NCBI GenBank assembly: GCA_043807085.1
Contig: JAZDGI010000005.1
Coordinates: 5,816 to 69,815 of the forward strand
Origin: a bacterium
GTDB lineage: Bacteria; Patescibacteriota; Minisyncoccia; Minisyncoccales; JAZDGI01
Direction of reading: 5' to 3'
Length of the DNA: 64,000 bases
Shown here piece by piece: positions 43,707 to 52,062 of this stretch (the stretch's first letter is position 1; every line of letters starts with the position of its first letter). Both the position numbers and the translations under genes were made by a program. Below the pieces are notes generated by a model. That model was not told the origin of the DNA and did not search any database. It saw only the letters and a list, made by a program, of their open reading frames with translations.

Positions 43707-43874
43707 ATTGGCAGAGCGCTTAACGCCTCGCCAATTTTTATTGATAAAAGCGGTTTAAAAAAAATATTGTGAACTCGACTGGGAGATAGAAATTAACTAT
43801 ACTCAATTCACGCGGCCATTAGTGGCTAGAAGAAATTCTAGTCCTTTTTATTATCCAAAAAAAACAAAAACTTT

Positions 43875-43898
43875 ATATTATTGCTATAGCAATAATAT
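43875..43898. promoter_or_regulatory. Perfect 24-nt palindrome (candidate operator) upstream of the PaaX-like gene
   Basis: ATATTATTGCTATAGCAATAATAT. It shares the 19-mer ATTGCTATAGCAATAATAT with 44502..44520. Confidence 0.6.
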
Positions 43899-43913
43899 AG
43901 CGTTAGAATACGA

Positions 43914-44489
43914 TTGATGAATAAGTATAAATATTATTTTAAAAAGCCGAAATCGGAAATCTCAAAAGATATCGTGAAAGGATTGCTGGTGGGCGGGGCA
44001 GTTTGTATCTCCGCAGCCTCACCTTATTTTGCTTCAAATTTGATGCGAGCCATAAGGCAAAGCAAAAAATATGAGAGAAAAAGATTTTACGACACTTTTT
44101 ATAGGCTGAAAAAACGTGGATGTATTAAGTTTGAAAAAAAGAATCACCAAATTTATATAAGCCTGACTGACGAGGGCAGGAAAAAAGCCGGAATATATCA
44201 AATTAACGACTTGGAGATTAAAAAACCTAAAAAATGGGACGGGAGATGGAGAATAATTCTTTTTGATATTTCTGAAGTAAAAAAAATAAAAAGAGAAGCT
44301 TTCCGCGGAAAATTAAAAGAATTAGGTTTTTATCCCTTTCAAAAGAGCGCCTGGATTCATCCTTACGATTGTCGCAACGAAGTTGAGCTACTGAAAGACT
44401 TTTTCGGCTTAGGTGAGCAGGAGCTTCGCTTAATTGTCGCGCAAGATATTGGGGAAAATATTTTTTTGAGAAATATCTTTAAAATTTAA
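43914..44489 (+). CDS. PaaX-family-like regulator (wHTH + Cas2-like C-terminal domain)
   Basis: 191 aa. WDGRWRIILFDISEVKKIKREAFRGKLKELGFYPFQKSAWIHPYDC is the hallmark PaaX C-domain pattern. An N-terminal TM-like segment is present. Confidence 0.65.
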   Translation: MMNKYKYYFKKPKSEISKDIVKGLLVGGAVCISAASPYFASNLMRAIRQSKKYERKRFYDTFYRLKKRGCIKFEKKNHQIYISLTDEGRKKAGIYQINDLEIKKPKKWDGRWRIILFDISEVKKIKREAFRGKLKELGFYPFQKSAWIHPYDCRNEVELLKDFFGLGEQELRLIVAQDIGENIFLRNIFKI

Positions 44490-44501
44490 CGACGCCATAA
44501 A

Positions 44502-44520
44502 ATTGCTATAGCAATAATAT
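44502..44520. promoter_or_regulatory. Second copy of the palindrome-containing 19-mer, upstream of ileS
   Basis: ATTGCTATAGCAATAATAT (core palindrome ATTGCTATAGCAAT), 74 nt upstream of the ileS ATG. Confidence 0.55.
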
Positions 44521-44594
44521 GGAGTTAGTTTTAAAAGGGTGATTTGTTTTGGTTGATAAAAGCAGGATAAAATGATATTCTGGACAATACGAAT

Positions 44595-47500
44595 ATGGAT
44601 GTAAACTTTCCGGAGCTTGAGGAGAAAATTTTAAAATTCTGGCGGGAAAACCTGATTTTTAAAAAATCAATTTCACGGCGCAAAAAGAGCCGCAATTTTG
44701 TGTTTTACGAGGGCCCGCCCACGGCCAACGGAAAGCCTGGAATCCATCATGTTTTGACCAGGGTTTTTAAAGACATTATCTGCCGCTATAAAACTATGCG
44801 GGGTTTTAGAGTTGAGAGAAAGGCCGGCTGGGACACTCACGGCTTGCCGGTAGAGCTGGAAGTTGAAAAAAAATTAGGGTTGAAAAATAAAAAAGACATT
44901 GAAAAATACGGCATAGCTAAATTTAATAAAAATTGCCAAGAATCGGTTTGGCAATATAAAAAAGAATGGGAGAAATTAACCGACAGGATTGGTTTTTGGC
45001 TTGACGAGGACAATCCGTACGTCACCTATCAAACGGAATACATTGAAACCGTTTGGCATATTTTGAAGCGGATTTACCAAAAAGGCCTGCTTTATCATGA
45101 TTACAAGGTGGTTCCTTATTGCCCAAGGTGTGGAACTACCTTATCCAGCCACGAGGTTGCCCAAGGATACGAAAAGATCAAAGATCCTTCTATTTTCGTC
45201 AAATTCAGGATTAAAAATCCGGAATTCAAAGATTCTTATTTGCTGATTTGGACCACTACTCCCTGGACGTTGCCAGGCAACGTGGCGATTGCCGTTAATC
45301 CCGAGATGGCTTATGCCAAAATCAAATCGCCAGATATAGAAGAGTATTTAATTTTAGCTAAAGACAAAATAGCCGAACGGCAAATAAAAGGAAAAATAGT
45401 CCAAGAATTTAAGGGAAAGGATTTAGCCGGATTGGCTTACGAGCCAGCGTACGCTGACGAGGATTTTTCTAAAAGCGCCTACAGAGTCATTTTGGCTGAT
45501 TTTGTTTCTTTGGAAAGCGGCACTGGTTTAGTTCATATTGCCCCGGGTTTTGGATTGGAAGATATGGAAGCTGTAAAAAATCAAAACACAGAATCAAAAA
45601 GGCAGGGTCTGCCCGAACTCCCAATTTTATTGCCAGTGAACGAAGAAGGGAAATTCGCGCTTGACGCCAAGAAGTGGGCCGGAATGTTTGTCAAAGAAGC
45701 GGACCCTTTGATTATTAACGATCTGAAAGAAAGGGGTTTTTTGTTCGCTGAAGAATTATACGAACACGATTACCCTTTTTGCTGGCGCTGTCATTCTCCG
45801 CTGCTTTATTACGCCAGAAAATCTTGGTTTATTCAGACGACCAAAATTAAGGACGATCTTATTGGGAATAATCAAAAAATAAATTGGGTTCCGGTTCATT
45901 TGAAAGAAGGAAGATTCGGCGAGTGGTTAAGAGATTTGAAAGACTGGGCTTTGACCAGAGAAAGATATTGGGGAACTCCCCTGCCTATTTGGCAATGCAA
46001 GACCTGCGGAAAGCAGGAAATTATCGGCTCTAGAAAAGAACTATTCGGCCGAGCTTCTTCGGGCAGCAGATATTTTATTTTCCGCCACGGGTATTCTTTA
46101 AGGCAGATTAAAAAGGTATCTTCCTGCTGGCCGGAAAAAGTACCATTTCCCTTGACGAAAAAAGGAGAGAGGGAGGTTGAGGTCGCGGCGAAAAAACTAA
46201 AAAATAAAAAAATTGACTTAATTTTTTCCTCCGACCTGTTGAGAGCGAAGCAAACCGCCCGAATTATCGCCAAAGAAACCGGAGCCAAAATAATTATCGC
46301 CAAGCAATTGAGGGATTATAACGTGGGAGTTTTTAACTATAAAAATCCGAAATTATCTTGGGAATATTTGGAGAAAAGCGAAAATCCGATTTTAACGAAA
46401 TTGCCCAAGGGAGAGAGTCTGGCAAATATCAGAAAAAGAATGTACGAATTTTTAAAAAGAGTAAATGAAAAATACCCGGCAAAAAACATTGTTATCGTGT
46501 CTCACGAGCTCCCTTTGACGATTTTAGAGCAGACCTTAAGCGGCTTGGAATTAGAAGAAATATTGAAACAAAGGGCGCAGCGGAAAATAAATCCAATCGC
46601 TACGGCCGAATGGCGGGAGATAAAGTTTAAAACCCTTCCCTTTAACGGCAATTACGAAATAGATCTCCACCGCCCTTATATTGACGAAATGAAATTTCAG
46701 TGTCTGGGTTGTCAGGGTGAGATGGAAAGGGTTTCTGAAGTTATAGATTGCTGGTTTGATTCGGGCTCTATGCCCTTTGCCCAGGCGCGCTGGCCGTTCA
46801 GCGGAAACTTGAAGCCTGAACCCTCTGGCGCGAAACCTCCGAAACTGTTCCCGGCAGATTATATTGCCGAAGGGGTTGATCAGACGAGAGGCTGGTTTTA
46901 CACCCTATTGGCGATCTCCACGCTTTTAGGATTTGGTTCTCCCTACAAGAATGTCATTTCCTTGGGCCATATTTTAGATGAAAAGGGAGAAAAAATGTCA
47001 AAATCGAAAGGTAATATTGTTGATCCGTGGTATATTGCCGGCCGGTACGGGGCAGACGCCGCCCGTTGGTATTTTTATACCGTCAACCAGCCCGGCGAAG
47101 CGAAATTGTTTTCAGAGAAAGATATTGACCAGGCATTAAAAAGATTTATTTTGATATTTTGGAATTGTTTTACCTTCTGGGAAACATACAAAAAAAATTC
47201 AAAAGTCAAAAGCCAAAAGACAAAACCAAAGAATGTTTTAGATAGGTGGATTATTTCCAGGCTGAACCGGCTGGTTTTAGAAGCGACCGAATCTTTGGAC
47301 AGATTTGATGTGACAGGCGCGGCTAGAATTATTGAAAATTTTGTAATCAACGATTTGTCTTTGTGGTATATTAGAAGATCCAGAAAGCGGTTCAAAGAGA
47401 TTGAGAATTTTTTAGCCCTTATTCTTTTGGCTGTATGCAAACTTGGCGCGCCCTTCTTTCCTTTTTTGAGCGAAGAAATATACCAAAAAATTTCCGGTTG

Positions 47501-48065
47501 CCGATTTTCAGCTTCCAAATCAGTGCATTTGGAAAAGTGGCCGATAGCGGATAAAAAATTAATTGATAAAAAACTGGAGGGAAGCATGAACGAGGTTCGC
47601 GAGATAGTCAATTTAGGATTGAGAGAAAGGGCGAAGTCGGGCATTAAGGTCAGGCAGCCTCTCGGTAAATTACAAATTACAAATTGCAAATTACAAAAAG
47701 AGGAAGAACTTCTGGGGCTAATAAGAGAAGAGGTTAATGTTAAGGAAATTACTTTCGGCGAGTCTTTAAGGCTAGATACGGAAATAACCGAAGAACTTGA
47801 AAGGGAAGGAATTGTTCGGGAAGTTGTTCGTCAGATTCAGGGAATGAGAAAAGAGGCAAAATTGCGGCCGAAAGATAAAATTTCAGTGAGCTATTTAGCC
47901 GAAGGCGAATTGGGCGAAATTTTGGAAAAAAGTAAAAGTTTGATGCTGGAGGAGGCGAATATAAGCGATTTAGTCCGACGAAGAGAGATTTCGGGGGAGT
48001 TTCTCGCTCAAAAAGAAATAAAGGTCGGCGATGAAAAATTATGGCTGGGAATTAAGAAAATTTAA
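44595..48065 (+). CDS. ileS: Isoleucine--tRNA ligase with an inserted histidine-phosphatase (PGAM-like) domain
   Basis: 1156 aa. HIGH-type motif (GKPGIHHV), CP1 editing domain, KMSKS. Residues ~487-685 (nt ~46053..46655) form an extra domain with RHG, LTKKGE, SSDLLRAKQTA and SHE motifs. Confidence 0.95.
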   Translation: MDVNFPELEEKILKFWRENLIFKKSISRRKKSRNFVFYEGPPTANGKPGIHHVLTRVFKDIICRYKTMRGFRVERKAGWDTHGLPVELEVEKKLGLKNKKDIEKYGIAKFNKNCQESVWQYKKEWEKLTDRIGFWLDEDNPYVTYQTEYIETVWHILKRIYQKGLLYHDYKVVPYCPRCGTTLSSHEVAQGYEKIKDPSIFVKFRIKNPEFKDSYLLIWTTTPWTLPGNVAIAVNPEMAYAKIKSPDIEEYLILAKDKIAERQIKGKIVQEFKGKDLAGLAYEPAYADEDFSKSAYRVILADFVSLESGTGLVHIAPGFGLEDMEAVKNQNTESKRQGLPELPILLPVNEEGKFALDAKKWAGMFVKEADPLIINDLKERGFLFAEELYEHDYPFCWRCHSPLLYYARKSWFIQTTKIKDDLIGNNQKINWVPVHLKEGRFGEWLRDLKDWALTRERYWGTPLPIWQCKTCGKQEIIGSRKELFGRASSGSRYFIFRHGYSLRQIKKVSSCWPEKVPFPLTKKGEREVEVAAKKLKNKKIDLIFSSDLLRAKQTARIIAKETGAKIIIAKQLRDYNVGVFNYKNPKLSWEYLEKSENPILTKLPKGESLANIRKRMYEFLKRVNEKYPAKNIVIVSHELPLTILEQTLSGLELEEILKQRAQRKINPIATAEWREIKFKTLPFNGNYEIDLHRPYIDEMKFQCLGCQGEMERVSEVIDCWFDSGSMPFAQARWPFSGNLKPEPSGAKPPKLFPADYIAEGVDQTRGWFYTLLAISTLLGFGSPYKNVISLGHILDEKGEKMSKSKGNIVDPWYIAGRYGADAARWYFYTVNQPGEAKLFSEKDIDQALKRFILIFWNCFTFWETYKKNSKVKSQKTKPKNVLDRWIISRLNRLVLEATESLDRFDVTGAARIIENFVINDLSLWYIRRSRKRFKEIENFLALILLAVCKLGAPFFPFLSEEIYQKISGCRFSASKSVHLEKWPIADKKLIDKKLEGSMNEVREIVNLGLRERAKSGIKVRQPLGKLQITNCKLQKEEELLGLIREEVNVKEITFGESLRLDTEITEELEREGIVREVVRQIQGMRKEAKLRPKDKISVSYLAEGELGEILEKSKSLMLEEANISDLVRRREISGEFLAQKEIKVGDEKLWLGIKKI
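47199..47226 (+). repeat. Heptanucleotide-periodic repeat in ileS (TCAAAAG TCAAAAG CCAAAAG ACAAAAC)
   Basis: Four 7-nt units read through as SKVKSQKTKP. Confidence 0.8.
47667..47694 (+). repeat. Heptanucleotide tandem repeat in ileS (AAATTAC x2, AAATTGC, AAATTAC)
   Basis: Four 7-nt units with one substitution encode KLQITNCKLQ. Confidence 0.95.
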
Positions 48066-48069
48066 AAAA

Positions 48070-48444
48070 ATGCCGTTTTTAAACTTCGGAGATTTCGGCC
48101 GGCTGACAAAACCAACTAAAGAAGCGCCAAGTAAAAAGCCGGCGGCAAAAGACGTCAAAAAAGACCCCTCTCTCTATGGCGGCAAAGACTATTTGAAAGG
48201 AGAAACGGGAAGGAACTGGTTGAGAACGGATGAGGCTTGGAAAATTATGAAAAAGTCGGCGGGAGAGAGAGTCTCTTTTGAAAAAGAGTTGCTCAGAGGC
48301 GGTCAGGGGATTTCCAGGCAAAAAATGGAAGAGGATTATAAAAAAATAACCCAATTCCCCAATCAATATAAAAAGGAGCATGGCGTAGACGAGAAAGAAA
48401 GAAATATAAGAGTTGAAACTTATAAAAAATTCCTGGGCAAATAA
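48070..48444 (+). CDS. Hypothetical lysine-rich protein
   Basis: 124 aa from ATG 48070 (MPFLNFGDFGRL...). The track start at 48031 overlaps the ileS end. No recognisable motif. Confidence 0.5.
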   Translation: MPFLNFGDFGRLTKPTKEAPSKKPAAKDVKKDPSLYGGKDYLKGETGRNWLRTDEAWKIMKKSAGERVSFEKELLRGGQGISRQKMEEDYKKITQFPNQYKKEHGVDEKERNIRVETYKKFLGK

Positions 48445-48449
48445 ATTTT

Positions 48450-49181
48450 TTGATGTTCGTCCACTACAGAACCCAGGGCCTGGTTGTTGAAAAAAGAGAG
48501 AGAGGAGAGGCTGATTTGATATTCACGATTTACACGAAAGATTTCGGGAAATTGGAAATTTTGGGAAGAGCCGTCCGTAAAATTTCTTCAAAATTGAGAT
48601 CGGCCGTAAGGGTCTTTTGCCTTTCGGAGATGGAATTTGTCCAGGGTAAGAGATACAAAACTCTGACCGACGCGATTTTGATTGAAAAATTCGGCAATAT
48701 AAAAAAAGATCTGGGAAGATTGGCGGTTGCCCATAAAATCGCCGATATTTTAGATGAGCTGATTAGCGGTCAGGAGCGCGATGAAAAAGTTTGGCGGCTT
48801 TTAAAGGAAACATTTGACATCTTGGATAACCGGAGAATCGTTAACTGGCAGATTGTTTTTTATTTCTTTTTTTGGAATTTTATTTCTCTTTTAGGCTATC
48901 GACCGGAGCTCTATTGTTGCTCATTCTGCAAAAAGAAGTTGGAACCAGAAAGATTATTTTTCAGCCACAAAGAAGGGGGCGTCATTTGCCAAAATTGCGC
49001 CAAAAGAGCAGAATTAAAAGAAGAGATTGATTCGGAAGCGGTAAAAATTTTGAGGATAATAATTAGAAAAGACTGGGAAATGCTTTCAAAATTAAAAATT
49101 GACAAAAACAGCCTTAAGGAACTGCAAACAATTTCCGGACGGCATTATTTATATCTATGCGAAAGCTTATCTTCTTTATAA
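48450..49181 (+). CDS. recO: DNA repair protein RecO
   Basis: 243 aa. OB-fold N-terminus (YRTQGLVVEKRERGEADLIFTIYTKDFGKLEILGRAVRK) and a Cys4 zinc motif (CCSFC...CQNC). Confidence 0.85.
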   Translation: MMFVHYRTQGLVVEKRERGEADLIFTIYTKDFGKLEILGRAVRKISSKLRSAVRVFCLSEMEFVQGKRYKTLTDAILIEKFGNIKKDLGRLAVAHKIADILDELISGQERDEKVWRLLKETFDILDNRRIVNWQIVFYFFFWNFISLLGYRPELYCCSFCKKKLEPERLFFSHKEGGVICQNCAKRAELKEEIDSEAVKILRIIIRKDWEMLSKLKIDKNSLKELQTISGRHYLYLCESLSSL

Positions 49182-50779
49182 TAATTATCGTGACGGCGGC
49201 GGGCGGTTTTGGTTTTTGGAATTATCAAAAAAATACTTATTCAAAAGACGTTTTGAGGCTGGAAATTCTTGGTCCCAAAGAAGTTTTGGCGGGCCAGGCT
49301 GTTGAGTACAGCGTAAAATATAAAAATAACGGAGATTTCCGCCTTGATAACCCCCAGCTTATTTTTGAGCCGCCTTCGCACGCCATCGGAGAGAACGGCG
49401 ATATTTTTGAAAGGCAAACTTCGGTTGTAAGCGAAGCGATTTATCCTGGGCAAGAGCAGACTTTTTCTTTCAAAATGCGGATTCTAGACAAAGAAGGAGA
49501 AATAAAAACCGCTAAAGCTATTTTAAGTTATCAGCCTAAGGGGCTGAAGGCCAGATACGAGTCTTCAACCAGTTTTACTCTTGTTGTAAAATCCGCGCCC
49601 ATTACTTTTGATTTTGATTTGTCTTCTAAAACCGAAGCCGGGGAAAATTTCACTTTCAGAGCTAACTATTTTTCCAATTTAGACTATGTTTTAACCGATA
49701 TGAGGATACAGATGGAATATCCTTCCGGCTTTGAGCTTATTGGTTCTTCCCCTAAATCTTTAGGAGGAAGCGAGTGGGAAATTCCGGTTTTGAACAAATC
49801 TCAGGGCGGCCGGATTGAAATTCAGGGCAAGATTCAGGGCGAAATCGGCGAGGCGAAGGTTTTCCGGGCCAAACTCGGAATCTGGAAAAAAGGAGAGTTT
49901 ATTTTATTAAAAGAAATAAATGCGGGAACAGAATTAATTAATCCGTCAATCTATTTGAGGCAGGAAATAAACGGCAATCCTCAATACGTTGCCCAGCCAG
50001 GAGATTGGCTGCATTACAAGGTTTATTTTAAAAATATCGGCAATAATGAATTGAATAATTTGTTCCTCGTTAATAATCTTGAGGGCGACGCCTTTGACTT
50101 TTCAACTATAAAATCAGATAACGGCAACTATCAGCCAGGGGATAATTCTGTTGTTTTTGATTGGCGGTCGGTGTCCGATCTCCAATATTTGGCTCCGACC
50201 CAGGAGGGAAAAATTGATTTTTGGATAAAACTGAAAGATGACCTGGGCAATGTGAACAATCCAATGGTTAAAAATAAAGTTTTTATTTCCCAGATCAAAG
50301 AAGAATTTACGACGAAAATCGGATCGAAGTTGGAGATTGTCCAGAAAGGATTTTTTCAGGATGAGGTTTTCGGCAATAGCGGGCCTTTGCCGCCGCAAGC
50401 CGGTCAAACGACCACTTACACGATTTTATGGCAGGTAAAAAATTATTACTCCGACGTTAAAAACGTGAAGGTTAAAGCTGTCTTGCCGCAATCATTATCG
50501 TTAACCGGAAAAATTTTCCCCGAAACAGAATTTTCTAAATTCACTTTTGATTCCCGATCAAGAGAGATCGTCTGGTCGGTTGGCGATTTGGCGAGAGGTA
50601 CAGGGCTGTCTAGCCCAGGACCAAATGTTTCTTTCCAAGTTGCTCTTGCTCCAGCTTCCTACCAAACCGGCCAGATGGAAATTATCGGGCAAGCCGAAGT
50701 TTCGGGAGAAGATGGCTGGACAGAAGATATCATCAGGGCCACAGCGTCGGCTGTAACTACTTCGTCAATCGTCAGATAA
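49157..50779 (+). CDS. Membrane-anchored protein with repeated beta-sandwich (DUF11/CARDB-like) modules
   Basis: 540 aa. N-terminal TM helix, then repeats of the type 'Y.V.YKN.G...L.N..L'. No catalytic motif is recognised. Confidence 0.55.
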   Translation: MRKLIFFIIIIVTAAGGFGFWNYQKNTYSKDVLRLEILGPKEVLAGQAVEYSVKYKNNGDFRLDNPQLIFEPPSHAIGENGDIFERQTSVVSEAIYPGQEQTFSFKMRILDKEGEIKTAKAILSYQPKGLKARYESSTSFTLVVKSAPITFDFDLSSKTEAGENFTFRANYFSNLDYVLTDMRIQMEYPSGFELIGSSPKSLGGSEWEIPVLNKSQGGRIEIQGKIQGEIGEAKVFRAKLGIWKKGEFILLKEINAGTELINPSIYLRQEINGNPQYVAQPGDWLHYKVYFKNIGNNELNNLFLVNNLEGDAFDFSTIKSDNGNYQPGDNSVVFDWRSVSDLQYLAPTQEGKIDFWIKLKDDLGNVNNPMVKNKVFISQIKEEFTTKIGSKLEIVQKGFFQDEVFGNSGPLPPQAGQTTTYTILWQVKNYYSDVKNVKVKAVLPQSLSLTGKIFPETEFSKFTFDSRSREIVWSVGDLARGTGLSSPGPNVSFQVALAPASYQTGQMEIIGQAEVSGEDGWTEDIIRATASAVTTSSIVR

Positions 50780-50790
50780 AGCACGCTTTT

Positions 50791-52062
50791 ATGGAGAATC
50801 TAATGGAGAAAATTGTAAGTTTGTGCAAGAGGCGGGGATTTATTTTTCCTTCCTCGGAGATTTATGGCGGGCTGGCTAATTCGTGGGATTATGGCCCGTT
50901 GGGAACAGAATTGAAAAATAATATCAAGCAGCTTTGGTGGAAAAAATTCGTTCAAAGCCGCGATGATATGGTCGGGATAGACGCATCGCTTATTATGAAT
51001 CCTAAAGCTTGGGAGGCGTCAGGCCATTTAAAAGAATTCACCGATCCGCTTGTTGAATGCAAAAATTGCCACAGCCGATTCAGGGCCGATCATAAAACAT
51101 GTCCGGATTGCGGCAAAAAAGAATTTACCCAAGAAAGACATTTCAATTTGATGTTGAAAACTTTTTTGGGTCCAGTAGAAGATGATTCCAGCGTCGTTTA
51201 TTTCCGGCCGGAAACCGCTCAAGCGATGTTCGTTGATTTTAAAAGCATTTTAGAGGTTTCGCGTAAAATTTTGCCTTTCGGCATTGCTCAAATCGGCAAA
51301 GCGTTCAGAAACGAAATTACTCCCGGCAATTTTATTTTCCGGACCCGGGAGTTTGAGCAAATGGAAATTGAGTATTTTATTCTTGAAAAAGATTGGAAAG
51401 ATTATTTTGAAGTGTGGCGGAAAGAGGTGTGGAATTGGATGACAAATGACCTGGGCCTTGACAAAAAACACGTTCACGAACTAGATGTGCCAGACGGCGA
51501 GCGCGCGCACTATTCAAAGAAGACCATCGATTTTGAGTATGACTATCCGTTTGGGAAAAAAGAGCTTTATGGTTTGGCTTATCGTACCGATTTTGATTTG
51601 AAAAATCACTTTAAAGAACCGCCGTACAAAGAGGAGGGTGTTGACGCCTTCTATCCGCATGTGATTGAGCCGACATGGGGAGTTGACCGCTCGGTTTTAG
51701 CTGTACTTTTAGAATCTTACAAAGAGGATGCTAAAAGAGTTGTTTTAAAGCTTCCGATAAAGCTAGCTCCGTATAAAGTCGCTGTTTTTCCGCTTTTAGC
51801 GAATAAGCCGGAACTCGTAAAATTAGCCAGGAAAATTTACGATGATTTGCGCAAGGATTTTATGATTGCCTGGGACGACCGTGGGAACATCGGCAAACGT
51901 TATTATTCTCAAGACGAAATCGGCACGCCGTATTGCATCACCGTTGACTTTGACAGCTTGAAAAAAAACGACGTCACCATCCGCGACCGCGACACTATGA
52001 AGCAAGAAAGAAGAAAAATTAAAGATTTAGTCAAAATCTTAAAAGAAAAATTAGAAAATTAA
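50791..52062 (+). CDS. glyQS: Glycine--tRNA ligase (dimeric class II type)
   Basis: 423 aa. RRGFIFPSSEIYGGLANSWDYGPLG, class II motifs, C-terminal anticodon-binding domain. An alternative ATG is at 50803. Confidence 0.93.
   Translation: MENLMEKIVSLCKRRGFIFPSSEIYGGLANSWDYGPLGTELKNNIKQLWWKKFVQSRDDMVGIDASLIMNPKAWEASGHLKEFTDPLVECKNCHSRFRADHKTCPDCGKKEFTQERHFNLMLKTFLGPVEDDSSVVYFRPETAQAMFVDFKSILEVSRKILPFGIAQIGKAFRNEITPGNFIFRTREFEQMEIEYFILEKDWKDYFEVWRKEVWNWMTNDLGLDKKHVHELDVPDGERAHYSKKTIDFEYDYPFGKKELYGLAYRTDFDLKNHFKEPPYKEEGVDAFYPHVIEPTWGVDRSVLAVLLESYKEDAKRVVLKLPIKLAPYKVAVFPLLANKPELVKLARKIYDDLRKDFMIAWDDRGNIGKRYYSQDEIGTPYCITVDFDSLKKNDVTIRDRDTMKQERRKIKDLVKILKEKLEN

Noticed and set aside
46053-46655. Intein or mobile-intron explanation for the ~200-aa ileS insertion
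   Set aside because: There is no Cys/Ser/Thr at the N-terminal junction, no terminal His-Asn plus Cys/Ser/Thr, and no HNH or LAGLIDADG motifs. The segment instead has histidine-phosphatase motifs.
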